A DNA stretch of 63,999 bases, counting the filler, from Octopus bimaculoides (Eukaryota), in assembly GCF_001194135.2 (NCBI RefSeq). It is 6 parts of 5 records of this genome, joined end to end, with 100 filler letters (N's around TTAATTAATTAA, not from the genome) between each part and the next. Parts side by side here need not be neighbours in the genome. Positions count along the whole stretch, not along the records: positions 10,442 to 38,278 come from NC_068985.1; positions 38,379 to 49,225 come from NC_068991.1; 4 more parts are not named here. The stretch is one strand, 5' to 3'. This document shows, piece after piece, positions 26,413 through 40,829 of the stretch. A program made the translations under genes and the position numbers. The notes beneath the pieces are model-generated. The model was not told the origin of the DNA and did no database searches. It was given only the letters and a program-made list of their open reading frames with translations. Numbering within the stretch: position 1 is the first letter of the stretch; each line of letters opens with the position of its first letter.

Positions 26413-27404
26413 TATATACATACCTGTGTGTATGTATATAATTCTATAACATGATTTAGATTTGCGTGACAAATAACCAGTAATTGGAACTCTATGCAGA
26501 TTCTTATATATCCAAAGAAAATGAACTGAAGAAAATACATATTATAGTTTGAGCTTTTCTTGATTTGTCTCCGTAGTTAGATGGATCATAGAATAGATAT
26601 AACAAAAGCAAAACGAAATAGAATAATTTGTTTATAAATCATTTATTTTCGCCATTTTGCTTGTATTTCATTAACGATGAAAAAATCCATTATTCAAGGA
26701 AAAACGTATAAGCAGATTACATTGTCATATCTTCAGAGCCTGCGTAACAATCATTAGTAACTTTTAATTTTCATTCTGGACAGCAGAAAGTGTTGCAGTA
26801 TCAACGACCTGCTTTGTAGACATGGCTGTGTGGTAAGCTTGCTTCCCACCACATGATTCCAGGTTCAGTCCACTGCGTGTCACATATTAAAAGTTAGAGA
26901 AAATAAAATATGTTATTGTTAAATGGTACTGGTGGCAGTACTGATAATGTCTATACTGAAACAGCTCGGAGACAAAATGGGCGGGGAGGGAGAGAGAGGG
27001 AGTGAATGAGAGAGAGGGGGGAGGGAGGGAGAGAGAGAAGGCAGAGGATTCTAAGAAGTGAGAGGCTGAGAAAAACTGGGGGAGTTAAAGTAAGCATGCA
27101 AGAAACAGAGCAGAAAGTTGAGGGGTCGAAAGTGACACAGAAATGGAAGGAGAGAGAACAATATGAAACGTTACAAAGTTAGTGATGTCACTGCGTCTTT
27201 AATTATACCATTTTCTTATTCCACACTCTCTGTCTCTCTCTCTCAGTCTCTCTCTCACACTCACACACTCTCTCCCTGTCTCTGCGTGTGTTTAAAGTGG
27301 TTTTGAAGGATATCATAGAAGATAAAATAATGATTAGATGAAAGTTAGCTAAACAAACAAGGTCCTCTGGAAATACGTACGTATATACTTCTTTAAGTCA
27401 GAGA

Positions 27405-27446
<42 letters not shown>

Positions 27447-27705
27447 NNNNNNNNNNNNNNNNNNNNNNNNNNNNNNNNNNNNNNNNNNNNNNNNNNNNNN
27501 NNNNNNNNNNNNNNNNNNNNNNNNNNNNNNNNNNNNNNNNNNNNNNNNNNNNNNNNNNNNNNNNNNNNNNNNNNNNNNNNNNNNNNNNNNNNNNNNNNNN
27601 NNNNNNNNNNNNNNNNNNNNNNNNNNNNNNNNNNNNNNNNNNNNNNNNNNNNNNNNNNNNNNNNNNNNNNNNNNNNNNNNNNNNNNNNNNNNNNNNNNNN
27701 NNNNN

Positions 27706-27736
<31 letters not shown>

Positions 27737-27791
27737 AAATGCTAGTTCTAAAATCCCTCTAGGAGATCAACGCAGTAGTCGTACTAACAAG

Positions 27792-28027
27792 TAATGTTCG
27801 TAGCCACTTCAACATGGTTCTTCGTTCGAACGGACTTTGCTGCGATTTTTTAACCCCAAGAGGACATCTCATCTAGCTGGTTAACGATGCACAGCTGCAA
27901 TATCTCGCAATATCTCAGGTGCAGCTGTACATCGTTAATTAGCTAGAGAAGATGTCCCCTTAGAGTTAAAGAATTGCAGTAAAGTCCGTTCGAATGGACA
28001 GCCATGTTGAAGTGGCTACGAACGTTA
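27792..28027. mobile_element. Almost fully palindromic MITE-like foldback
   Basis: Arms of about 108 bp (27792-27899 and 27920-28027) with about 16 mismatches by manual alignment, and a 20-nt loop. Confidence 0.8.
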
Positions 28028-28149
28028 TTTCTATATAATATATACGCACACACGCACGCATATACTATATATGTGTTTTCGTATGGAAATGGTTTTCTAT
28101 AAACTTCATATCATTCTTTCTGTAGTTCGAAAATAACCGTAGAATTTTT

Positions 28150-28600
28150 ACGGCTAGCTACAAATCTAGTATATATAAATCGTAGTATGTGTGTGTAAAA
28201 TGACTAACGCATACATTTCCACAATTCTTAACCGATTTTTAAGCTTTACGCACACGTTACCGTTGTCCCAAGGAAGGTCATGCACTATAACATTTTGTCC
28301 AGAGCTCCTGCGTAAATGAACGTAAATGGACATAGTTTTTTTTTGTATGTAGGGTCTTCCATGCTTTTAAAATCTTTTTATAAAAGTGAAAGGATTTTGT
28401 CTATTTATTTCTACTGTCTACCTATATAAATCACAGTATGTGTGCGTGTATAATGAGTAATGCATTCATTTCCACAATTCTCAACTGATTTTCACCAGAC
28501 TTTACACGCACATTACTTATGTCACAACGATGGTCATGCACTAGTGAAAGGATTTTGTCTATTTTCGCTGTCCACCTAAGACGGTGATTCAGTTGACTAG
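28150..28600 (+). mobile_element. Two partial tandem copies of a HINE/DINE-1-like element
   Basis: Repeated tatataaatc..gtatgtgtg..catttccacaattct.aac.gattt..ctttac.cgcac..ggtcatgcact. Confidence 0.45.
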
Positions 28601-29957
28601 GAACACTGTACGCGATGAATATCCAATACCAAACTATCTTGATTTACATATTAAAACTGCATTAAAATTTGCCAAGCTTAACTTTACCTACTCTGAGTTA
28701 CTTGAAAGGTAATGTTCCCTTCCCTGTCTTCTATTTGTTGGTAACTTTGTTTATCTTTGATACTATTGTTTCACTTTAAGGATGCTTATTTATCCATCCA
28801 TTATGATATTTCGACTGCTGCTGTCTATTGTTTCACATACGTTTTAGTATTGTCGTTCTAGCCCTTTTTAAACAATCACATATGATTCGTCCCAAAGAAT
28901 CAACCTTTAAATAAGAGTTTTGCTTCCACTAGTGAAAGCTATGNNNNNNNNNNNNNNNNNNNNNNNNNNNNNNNNNNNNNNNNNNNNNNNNNNNNNNNNN
29001 NNNNNNNNNNNNNNNNNNNNNNNNNNNNNNNNNNNNNNNNNNNNNNNNNNNNNNNNNNNNNNNNNNNNNNNNNNNNNNNNNNNNNNNNNNNNNNNNNNNN
29101 NNNNNNNNNNNNNNNNNNNNNNNNNNNNNNNNNNNNNNNNNNNNNNNNNNNNNNNNNNNNNNNNNNNNNNNNNNNNNNNNNNNNNNNNNNNNNNNNNNNN
29201 NNNNNNNNTATTGTCGTTCTAGCCCTTTTTAAACAATCACATATGATTCGTCCCAAAGAATCAACCTTTAAATAAGAGTTTTGCTTCCACTAGTGAAAGC
29301 TATGCGTATCTCTCAGAAAGCTCCATACCAATTTAACTTCATGCGGCATTCGCTGTTAGTTTATGCGCAGGTTATGTGCGAAGACAGAATAAAGGGGCTT
29401 TTGTTTGCTTATCACTTCAAAAAAATAGCTCCCTTTGCTGTTGAATAAAATAAACTTGCAGAGGGGAAATTTCAACATCTTCATTCAATTTCTTTACACT
29501 ATTTATGTGGTTGCTTCTGACAAGAAATTTCGCTTTCATGTAAAACAGTTATATTTTGTAGTCATTATCTGTAATCTACTCCCAAAACACTTCAGTAGCN
29601 NNNNNNNNNGGGTGGGTGTTTGTGTGCGTATGCATGTATGTATATATATATATATATATCTATATATAAATATATATGCATACACACATACATACATGCA
29701 TGCACATACATATATATTACATTAAGGTAACGTATTAGAAATTCCTTCCTTCTGTTTATTTTACAATCAACCCCGTCTAATCTCTAATCATTTGTAGAGT
29801 AGTCTCTCTGAACAAATGCATCGATTACATAGAATAATTGTAATTGTAGATATATATATGAGTAAATATATGCATATGTACACGCAGACACACACGTATT
29901 ATACAATATATACATATGTACGCATGTAAGCATATACATAGTTCAAGTACATCTCTC

Positions 29958-30026
<69 letters not shown>

Positions 30027-30984
30027 TAGGGAGGCTTTTATATTTATGCACCGTTTCACCGGTCTGTGAGTATATGCTTGAGCATAGGCATCTCCATTAG
30101 ATTAGTAAAAGTTTTTGGCTGAAGGCAACACCATTCATAATTGGCATCCATAATTGGCGTCATTGCAAGTTGACTGATGAATCTGGTGTATTAAAGCCGA
30201 GAGATAGGATGATGTTTATAGAAGGCGGTGAGAGAAGACGTATTAAAATGAGTGAGGGGATGTGTTAAGAATGACAGAGTAACAGAGAAAGAGATATAGA
30301 GCAATGAGGGTGTAAGGAAAAGAAGCATTTAGCGAGAGGGAGGAAGAGAGAGAGAAGAGGGGAGACAGATAGATAGATAGACACAGAGAGAGATGGTGAT
30401 AGAAAGACAGAAGGAGTGAAAGGAAGAGAGAGACAAAGACAGAGAGAGGTGGAGAGAGAGAGAGAGCGAGAGAGAGGTGGAGAGAGAGAAAGAGAGAGAG
30501 AGAAATAAAGGGAACGGATGAATAAAATTTAGTGAGCAAATGAGTTAGTAAGCAAAGAATAAAAAAAAAACATGAGAATGTGAAAAACAGAGAAAGAAGC
30601 TACGAAGGAAATAATTTATGCTTCTATATTTGTATGTGTATGTAATTTAGTGTTAATTTTGACCAGCCTCCTAATTGGTAGCATGGTTTTGAAGAAATGC
30701 GTCTTGTTTTGTTAATCAACCTTAAATCTTGAAAAAGTCTTGCAGATTTTTATTGTCCCATATATCGCGAAAGCGATCGCATAGCGGCACTTAAATGGCA
30801 GCGTGAGGGCAAAAGAGCAGCCTGCCGCCCTAAAAAACACATGGTGAAGGACCATTGATAAGGAAAGGAGACGAAAAGGGGTGGGGAAGATGGAATGAGA
30901 TCAGAACAGTGGTTGGACAGATTGTGTTGCGGCTTGATGTGCTCCATGGCACAAGGAGAACAAACAAACAAACAAACAGACATA

Positions 30985-31390
30985 GGCGTAGGTGTGACAG
31001 TGTGGCAAGAAGTGCGCTTCCCAACCCCATGGCTCCGGGTTCAGTCCCACTGCATGGCACCTTGGGAAATTGCCTTCTACTATAGTCTTGGGCCGATCAA
31101 AACCTTGTGAGTAGATTTGGTAGACGGAAACTGAAAGAAGCCTGTTGTATACATACATATGTGTGTGTGTGTGTGTATTTATGTGTGTATTTGTCTCCCC
31201 ACCATTGCTTGACAACCGATGTTCGTGGGTTTACGTACCTGTAACTTAGCGGTTCGGCAAAAAAGACCGATAGAATAAGCACTAGGCTTAGAAAGAATAA
31301 GTGCTGGGGTCGATTTGTTCGACCAAAGGCTGTGCTCCAGCATGGCCGTTGTCAAACGACTGAAACGAGCAAAAGAGTAAAACAAAGAAA
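30985..31390 (+). mobile_element. Full bipartite SINE family A: head, internal (TA/TG)n, tail
   Basis: Head to gaaactgaaagaagcc, about 45 bp microsatellite, then tail ccaccattgcttgacaaccgatg...ggccgttgtcaaacgactgaaac. Same layout at 32690-33310. Confidence 0.8.
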
Positions 31391-31783
31391 CTAATTAGCT
31401 TACTAACTAATTAACGAACGAACGAACGAACTAGACATCGCGATCGATTGTGACGCTTGAAATCTGTTGAACCGCCAGGTTACAGGGACATCAACAAACC
31501 AATACTGGCTGTGAAGCGGTGAGAGCTGAACACAAAAACTTGCACACATGTACGCATCTCTCTCACATACATACATACATACATACGATTGCAATGTGGA
31601 CGTTGTTTATAAGCAATTTAAAAATACAAAAATCGTTAGATTCACTTTAGCATTTAAATTTAATTTACCAAAATATTTTTGTCACTTTGAGACCGCGACC
31701 TGATCACTAATAAAATCCCATGTTTTTTTTTGTTTCAGCACACGATCTCAGATCAGGTCACTTGCTATGCAAGAACATCTCCG

Positions 31784-31884
<101 letters not shown>

Positions 31885-33784
31885 TATATACACATACATA
31901 GTATATCATGCATATTATGAACCTACCTACATAAATACTTTACACACACATACATATACATACATGCACACACACACATACATACACACACCTACATACA
32001 TGTTGTGGGTCATGTAATATGATAGCATTGTAATGTAACAGGAGCATTTAAGTGGAAGGATAATTTGATGAAATATAAAGCTTCCAAGTATCGACAGTTA
32101 TAAGAAATATATTTCTTAACATGTAAAAATGAAATATGATAATATTAGATCAAAGAACATTGATTTTTATTGAGGTACAGGGCCACATATTTGAAGAGAG
32201 AGCTCTTTAATTAACGAGTATTTATTTTATCCAACCCGGAAGAACGAAAAGGAACCTTGATCCCTGTGGGATCTGAACTCAGAAGGTAAAAGAAGCACGT
32301 GATTAATACCGTAATTTTTAAAATCCGGTACTCTGTTTCTCCCCGCTCCCTTCAGTATAAACAAAATATATTGAAATAAAACGCGGTCGGTGGGAGGTGG
32401 GGGCATAAAACTAACATTCATTTGAATTATGGCAAAATTGAAACAAATGTTGATTGTACGTTGCATCAAGTCTCAACCGAACATCAACCATATCAAATTT
32501 AATGTGAATATTAACTGCATTAACTTCACTAAAACTATTTCAGTTTATGGGAGTTCGCTGGATCTACATGCCATAGAAGGAGCCTTTCTCTATAGTTTCT
32601 TTCTTCTGCGGGAGCGGCCCGGAGACTTAGTGCTGAAAACTTGTGGCTAGGGGAAGGACATATATTTTCGCTCATTTTCGCTACACTAGGCGCTGGGGTA
32701 GCTGCGTGGAAAAAAGCTTGTTTCCAAACCACATGGTTCCGGGTTCAGTCTCACTCCGTGGCACTTTGGGCAAGTGTCTTCTCCTATAGCCTCGGACCGA
32801 CCAAAAGCCTTGTCAGTGAACTTGATAGACGGAAACTGAAAGAAGCCTGTCGTACACACACNNNNNNNNNNNNNNNNNNNNNNNNNNNNNNNNNNNNNNN
32901 NNNNNNNNNNNNNNNNNNNNNNNNNNNNNNNNNNNNNNNNNNNNNNNNNNNNNNNNNNNNNNNNNNNNNNNNNNNNNNNNNNNNNNNNNNNNNNNNNNNN
33001 NNNNNNNNNNNNNNNNNNNNNNNNNNNNNNNNNNNNNNNNNNNNNNNNNNNNNNNNNNNNNNNNNNNNNNNNNNNNNNNNNNNNNNNNNNNNNNNNNNNN
33101 NNNNNNNNNNNNNNNATATATATCAATGTTGACAACCGATGTTGGTGTGTTTACATCCCTGTAACTAAGCTGTTCGGTAAAAAGAGATGGAATAAGAGCT
33201 AAGCTTAAAATAAAGTCCTGGGGTCGATTTGTCCGACTAAAAATCCTTCAAAGTGGTGCCCCAGCATAACTGCAGTCAAATGAATGAAAACGAATGAAAT
33301 ATAGAAGATGAACGATAATCTGTTTCGGTTAAAAACCGGGAAAACTGTCGAGCAAAGCAAAGATAAGCAGTTAAATGTCGTTCGGTGGTAATATATGGCT
33401 AATATTAACGAAATCTTTCTCAAAATTGTGATTTCTATACACACGGACATGTGTTTAGAATGCCCCTGGAAAGCATCGCAAGTGCCTAGATTCACCGCTG
33501 GATGGAGCAAAGTAATTTAACTGGCACCGCAATAATGCCAATTGGAGAAGTATGAACGTTACACAGTCTCATCTACAACTCCCAAAGAAACTATTTGTGA
33601 GATGCGATTTGGATTTTGATGATTGAATTGCTTGGAGTCTGGTTCTGTTTTGATCGCTGGGTGGAGAAAAATTGGGACGAATTTACAGAGAGATAAAAGT
33701 CCCTTGCAAATGAACTGAGGGTATTTTTCTTTTTGAAAGACTAAGTAGAGGTGGTCTATGTGTATATTACTTCTTTGGTGGTGT

Positions 33785-34168
33785 GTGTTGGCACTCCGTC
33801 GCTTACGACGTCGAGGGTTCCAGTTGATCCGATCAACGGAACAGACTGCTCGTGAAATTAACGTGCAAATGGCTGAGCACTCCACAGACACGTGTACCCT
33901 TAACGTAGTTCTCGGGAATATTCAGCGTGACACAGAATGACAAGGCTGACCCTTTGAATTACAGGCACAACAGAAACAGGAAGTAAGAGTGAGAGAAAGT
34001 TGTGGTGGAAGAGTACAGCAGGGTTCACCACCATCCCCTTGCTGGAGCCTCATGGAGCTTTAGGTGTTTTCGCTCAATAAACACTCACAACGCCCGGTCT
34101 GGGAATCGAAACCGCGATCCTATGACCGCGAGTCCGCTGCCCTAACCACTGGGCCATTGTGCCTCCAC
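33785..34168 (-). mobile_element. Full-length SINE family C with target-site duplication
   Basis: 384-bp element flanked by the direct repeat ttggtggtgt (33775-33784 and 34169-34178). Confidence 0.9.
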
Positions 34169-35563
34169 TTGGTGGTGTACTATTAACTAACTGGTGTGTG
34201 TTACTGTGTCTGACCAACTCAGAGCGAACTCATTTCAGGCTCTTAAGGAAGAAGCATAGTCAAAAAGAACATCTACTGTCAACACTCACTTTATAAGGGC
34301 CTTGGAATGCTCCAGTTGTTGATTCAGATTTCTGCTGAGGCTACTGCGTTGTTACCTCAAAGGAAAGCCAATGTAGCATTCGGTTGCAAAGGAGGAATTC
34401 CTCTAGTTTGTTTCCTGGACAGAGGAGAGCAGTCTCTTATATAAAGTGCACACTGCATTTTGGAACATGGCATCAAGAATGTTGTCAGGCACTTAGAGGG
34501 CTTCACCAGCCAGATAGGAGAAGCAGTAGTGGACCGACAATCGTATTCTGTTGAGAGTCAGTGAAGGGCATAATACATGTCGCTTAGCCGCTGTACTTAA
34601 CGTCGACGTAAATACATTAAGCAGACTATTTTAGGAATAACTTATGGACAAATTCACCTAATTTTTGATCTGACAGCACTAACATGATCTACAACATGTT
34701 TTCTTTAGCCCGACAGATCAGATGAGAGACGTCCGAAATGTATCGGACCAACAGATTAGACTTTCCTATTAAATCTCGATCTCGTCGATTACTCCGAGGT
34801 TCACTTGAATGTGAGTTAATCCTCATAGTCGATGTCATCTTTATCATCACCCATCTTCATGTTTTGATCCTTCTTCTGTTATTTTTATTATTAAGAGTTT
34901 AACTGTCTCCTTCTCAGTAGATATTTCACGGAAAATGCGGTGGTAGGGATCGCGAGGAGACCTGATGTTACATAGGAGGTAGCGTCTCCTTCCTGTACAG
35001 GTAGGTGGTTTCTCTGACTCGTTTCTATTAATATGCATCACAACTGTTAGTTTCATTTCTTCAGTTGATGATATTAATTCACATTAAGTCTATGATTTTC
35101 GAGATAATAATGGATAAAGTTTCTTTAAAATAATTCTAGAGTTATCCATGAAGTGTTTGTATTCACATTCATTTGTGTGTATATGTGTGTGCGCGCGCGC
35201 GTGCGTGAGTGTGCGCATAATTTAAACGCCTGAAATTATATTAGAAACACGTGAAAGAATAAAGAGTGAGTATATATATAAAGTTTATTTCAGTTACACA
35301 CACATACGCGCGCGCACACACACGCACGCACGCACGCATACACATAAACGCATCATCAATAATTCAATAATTATTTGATAAAAATTTTTTTCTCTCTTAT
35401 TAACCCGACAGTCATAGAATGAAGGTGAATATTATGACCTGATGACTCAAGAAAGTGAAACTAACAGCTGTAGCATAGTCGATGGTCAAACTAGCATGTC
35501 TGTCTAACTGTATGTGTATATGTGAGTGTGTGCGCGCGTGTGTAAGTCTGTGAGTGTACACAA

Positions 35564-35605
<42 letters not shown>

Positions 35606-35833
35606 GAAGAGGGAAGTAGTCGGCAAACGTGCTTATCGTTGTGGGCACGGAATACATGGACGCCTATGTTGGTTAACTTCAGAAGACAGAATATTTGAGT
35701 TTCTGGAATGACGTCAACTTAGATCTTGCTTACTGAGCACCAGTCAACTTTAGAGTGGAACCTAATGACATCGTCTGCTATTTGATATAGCTAACCGTGC
35801 AGACGATTTATGGTAAAGGAAAGGAGATGGAGG

Positions 35834-35866
<33 letters not shown>

Positions 35867-37681
35867 CATACAAACAATATATGAATATATGCATATATAT
35901 GTACATGTATGTACATACCTTCATCTACATGTACACAGACACATAACTGGGTACATGATGTGGCAAAAGAACATGGACAAAATGATAAACAAGGTACAAC
36001 AAACAAGCAAGCTGCATAGAAACATCATCAGCTGCCACCATTAAAACACCGGCGTTTATATATATATATATATAGCTAGATAGATAGATAGATATGCGTG
36101 TGTGTATGTCTATGGGGAGAGAGTGAAAGAGAGAAAAATATGTCGAAGGAAAGAGTAAGAGATTTAACATAAAAGACAATCGATGGTAAGTGGAGTGGAA
36201 TAAGTAGGGAAGATGAGTGCGGCTAGTGGGAGAGAAGAGAGATAGAGAGAAAGAGATAGAGAGAAAGGGATAGAGAGTGAAGAATAATTAGAGTGAGGGA
36301 GAGTGATAGAACTAAACTAGCAGCCCGGTGCTACTGAGAAAAGAGATAGATATTCAGATAGATAGATAGATATATTTAGATAGATAAATAGACAGATAGA
36401 TAAATTGATAGAAGATAAATAGATAGATAGGCGTAGGAGTGGCTGTGTGGTAAGTAGCTTGCTTACGAACCACATGGTTCCGGGTTCAGTCCCTCTGCGC
36501 GGCAAGTGGGAAGGGGGCCAGTCGATTAGATCGACCTCAGTACGCAACTGGTACTTAATTTATCGACCCCGAAAGGATGAAAGGCAAAGTCGACCTCGGC
36601 GGAATTTGAATTCAGAAGCGGATGGGGGAGGGGGGGAGGATGAACAATTAGAAAGACTAAGTAAGTAAAGGAGAAACACTGAGAATTAGAAAATATAGAA
36701 CAGTTTCTGTGACTAACAATGCAAATGTGAAAACCCGGCAGATTTCAACGTGTACATGTGTATTTCTATATGTATGTNNNNNNNNNNNNNNNNNNNNNNN
36801 NNNNNNNNNNNNNNNNNNNNNNNNNNNNNNNNNNNNNNNNNNNNNNNNNNNNNNNNNNNNNNNNNNNNNNNNNNNNNNNNNNNNNNNNNNNNNNNNNNNN
36901 NNACACACACACACACACACACACACATGTGCAATATGTATTTTTATGTCTTTATTCGTATACACACATACACCGTTCATATGTGTTCTGAAATTTTAAA
37001 TTTTAAATTTCGGTGATGTCTTTACAAATGACTTCCTTTGACTACAAATGAGTCAGTGCCATACATGCCAACATCACTCCATCCACATCCTGAAGATGGG
37101 GCAGAGAAAATCTAGATGCTGTATTGAAGCTGTATTTAGGTATTTTCTTGCTCAAATGAATCACTAAAGATACACGCAAAAATGTAAACAAAAAAGAAAT
37201 GAAAATAAAAACCCAAACAAGCGATCAAACATAAGAAAACTGATAAAAGCAGAACTTAAATGTGATTTCAATATTGCATGTTTAAAAGAAAAATTATTCT
37301 CCGTAGGTATGGGTAGAAAGGACATCCAGCTATAGAAACCATACCAAGAGCTATCATGGGGGCACAAAGCAGCCCAGTGGCTCGCCAGATTTTGTCAAAC
37401 TGTCCAATCCATAGTAACATGGAGAACAGACGTTAAATGATGATGAATGAATACACACACCTGGGCGCGCGCACACACAGACGCACATAGATATACGTGC
37501 AAGCACATACATAGATACGCACACGTATATTTGTGTGTTGTGTATGATGCATGTATGAAAATTGCATGCATGTGTAGCGTGTTTAGGTATGCGTACATAT
37601 GTTTGATTGAATGAGAATCTGAGTGTTTGCCGATATTGATATATATCTGTTGTATGTGTATATGTTCGCACATCTGTGAGC

Positions 37682-37744
<63 letters not shown>

Positions 37745-38083
37745 TAGCTATACGTACAAGCGCATATATGCATACATGCTTAGATGCAGGCAGTCTGAGA
37801 GAAGAGAGATAGATAAATAGACTGACAGACAGATAGATAGACATGTAGATAAATAAATAGATTGATAAATAGATAGATAGATGGATAGACGGATAGATAG
37901 ATAAATAGATAGATAGACTGAAAAACAGACAGATAGATAAAGAGATAGATAAACTGACAAGACAGACAGATAGATAAAGAGATAGATAAATAGATAGATT
38001 GATAGATTGATAAATAGATAAATAGACAGATAGATGGATAGATAGAGGGATAGATAGATTAATAGATAGACTGACAAACAGGG

Positions 38084-38114
<31 letters not shown>

Positions 38115-38378
38115 CTGACAAGACAGACAGAGAGATAGACTGTGAAGGAGAGACAGATACATATATACGTCTAGTTGTGTGCAAGATATTTTGCACAAAT
38201 GACACGCAGTTGTGCAGTAGAATGATTTAGCAACGAAGTGTCTGGGAAAAGGAGTCACACAAGATGATTGCAGCCTGGNNNNNNNNNNNNNNNNNNNNNN
38301 NNNNNNNNNNNNNNNNNNNNNNTTAATTAATTAANNNNNNNNNNNNNNNNNNNNNNNNNNNNNNNNNNNNNNNNNNNN

Positions 38379-38444
<66 letters not shown>

Positions 38445-40778
38445 CCGAAACATTTTTCAGTTTGCGGAGGAAAAGCTAAAATTTGCCATGGTTATAGTTA
38501 TACCATAAGTTATACATATGTATATATCTTGATTTAGAATTAAACTGAATGGTTCCTGAGTACTTTTTAGTAGAGCACTTTCTTTTACAAGGAAAAGACT
38601 TGACTACTTCGAATAATCAGCTTATTCGCCTCTTTATCAGACTGACTGATAAAGCAAGTACACCGAAGATTTGAAGTCATTGTCAATCTTGTCTTTTTAC
38701 AAGTTAATACACGCAGGCTTGCATGTATGTACACACACGCGAATATATATATATTTATAGATATTAGCATAATACATACATATACACACACACATACTGT
38801 AGTAAGAAGCTTACTTCCCAACCACGTGGTTCCGGGTTCAGTCCTACTGCGTGGCACCTTGGGAGAGTGTCTTCTACTATACCACTGGGACGATCAAAAC
38901 TTGCTAGTGGATTTCGTAAACGGAAACTGAAACAATCATGTCGTACACACACACATATATATAAAGTTTATTAATTATTTAGTGATCATCCAACTGCTAC
39001 ATCGTATGCTATTTGAGATATAATATATCTAAGACTACACAGTATTATATTGATGCGCGTTTTCAGTTTTAAGAGACTTAAGTGTGATTTGAAGGGAATT
39101 TGGTTGTTATTTCTAACAAGTTGTACTACATACACGGTCACATTTTTAATCAAGGTTTGTCAGATTTGAAAATTTCTAAGATTGACTAAAGCATTTGCAT
39201 CTTTATTATGTTGCTATCAATATAATGGTAATTATCAGTGGAGAACATATTGCCGCACGCACTACTTTATTTGTTGTTAGTATATTCAAGCCTCATATCA
39301 GATACAGAATCTGTGGAGGTTGTATCATTATAACCTTAATTATGATCAGGTAAAACATTCGAGAATAGTATCAGAGATAGAAAACAAAGATTGGAAGTAG
39401 GTCCACAATTGAGAAATGGAGAAATGCATTGATGGAAAAATAAATGATTAGGATTTTGCTAGGGGGAAAAAGGAATGCAAAGTTGTACTTGAACTGAACA
39501 GTCTTGGCAAAAAGATTGAAATCTCAATTTGTGAATCAATACCACATTCTCGCAACAAATGTTTTACCTACTAGACTAACAGAAAATCACAAGGGCTGAA
39601 TTAAAATAGGGTCTGTAGTGTGCATGTATAAGGCGGAAACTACTTGTACCAACCATCAAGGCCAAGGTACCACGAAATGAGCGCTACCTTACCTTACGAG
39701 GGGATGGGAAGTTTTATAAGAGTTCTGGAGACAAAGGCTATTCTAGGGAGGCAATAGACTTGTCGTTTAAATGATGCACTTTTGAAAAATATTTTCAGTT
39801 TTAATTCTGCGTGTGAATCACCCGGTAATGTTAGTGGTCGAAATAAGGCGGCGAGCCGGAAGGATTGTTAGTATATCGGACAAAATGTTTTGCAACATTT
39901 CTTGTGGTTTTACGTACTGACTTCACATTCTGCCGACGCTAACTTTGCCTTTCAACTTTTGGGGGAGGCTAAAATAACCACTGGGATAGATATAATTCAC
40001 TAGCCCCTCACCCTGTTAAAATGTTAGGTTTTGTGCGTATAGTAGAAGGAATATCAGTGGTCAGATTGTTGTTTTGACACCCCATGTTATATTCATAAAA
40101 TCACCCACGTGAAAGTAGTCTTTTAATGGCGATTAACTTGTCCACAATAATTCTTTATGGTGCATTTAACTTAGTGGAATCGGAGCAAAGGTCCTTGGAA
40201 GGGTATTAGTAAAAACAAAAGTGGTAAGGAACAATGACTAAAATAAAATTTCAGCAATTCAGGCCGAGACCATTCTGGAGAAGGAACCACTGACTTTCTT
40301 TGGCAAGAAAGAACAGAGTGTTTTCATCTACGTGGTAGTTATGGTGAATGAAAACCTATTTTGCACTGCGTTGAAAGGCTTGAAAAGAGAGCTTTTACTT
40401 TCAGATCAAGACATCATTAACTTCAAGAGACATTAGAGGATGAAGGTAAAGGTGGGAAATTTCTGGCGAAAAGCAAATTTTATTCAGTTTAATTACATTC
40501 TTTCCGCGTTTACATACGTGTGTTTATTGCTGTTTGTCCTTACCTCTGTGAGATTTTTCTGTTTATTCAAAATGCATAAATATATGTGTGTGTTGTGTGT
40601 GTGTATGCGCATATGAACGCACGCATACACGCACGCACGTACGCACGCATACACGCAGGCACGTACGCACACGCATGTACATATAAAAACGCGTATTAAT
40701 GGATGTATGTTTGTATGTATGCATGCATTCTTGCATGTGCATATGCGTGTGTGTGTGTGTGTGTGCATGTGCGAGTGC

Positions 40779-40829
<51 letters not shown>

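Noticed and set aside
28848-29304. 96-bp direct repeat flanking an N gap as LTRs or a target-site duplication
   Set aside because: Exact identity abutting both gap edges indicates an unmerged contig overlap.
34815-34865. GDDKDDIDYED* as the tail of a second IL-17 paralogue
   Set aside because: No cysteine pattern or RSxCPW upstream in any frame I could read.
40140-40480. Possible Tc1/mariner transposase relic
   Set aside because: Only vague resemblances (FQQ, ENL); no convincing DD34D/E or SPDLNPIE motif.
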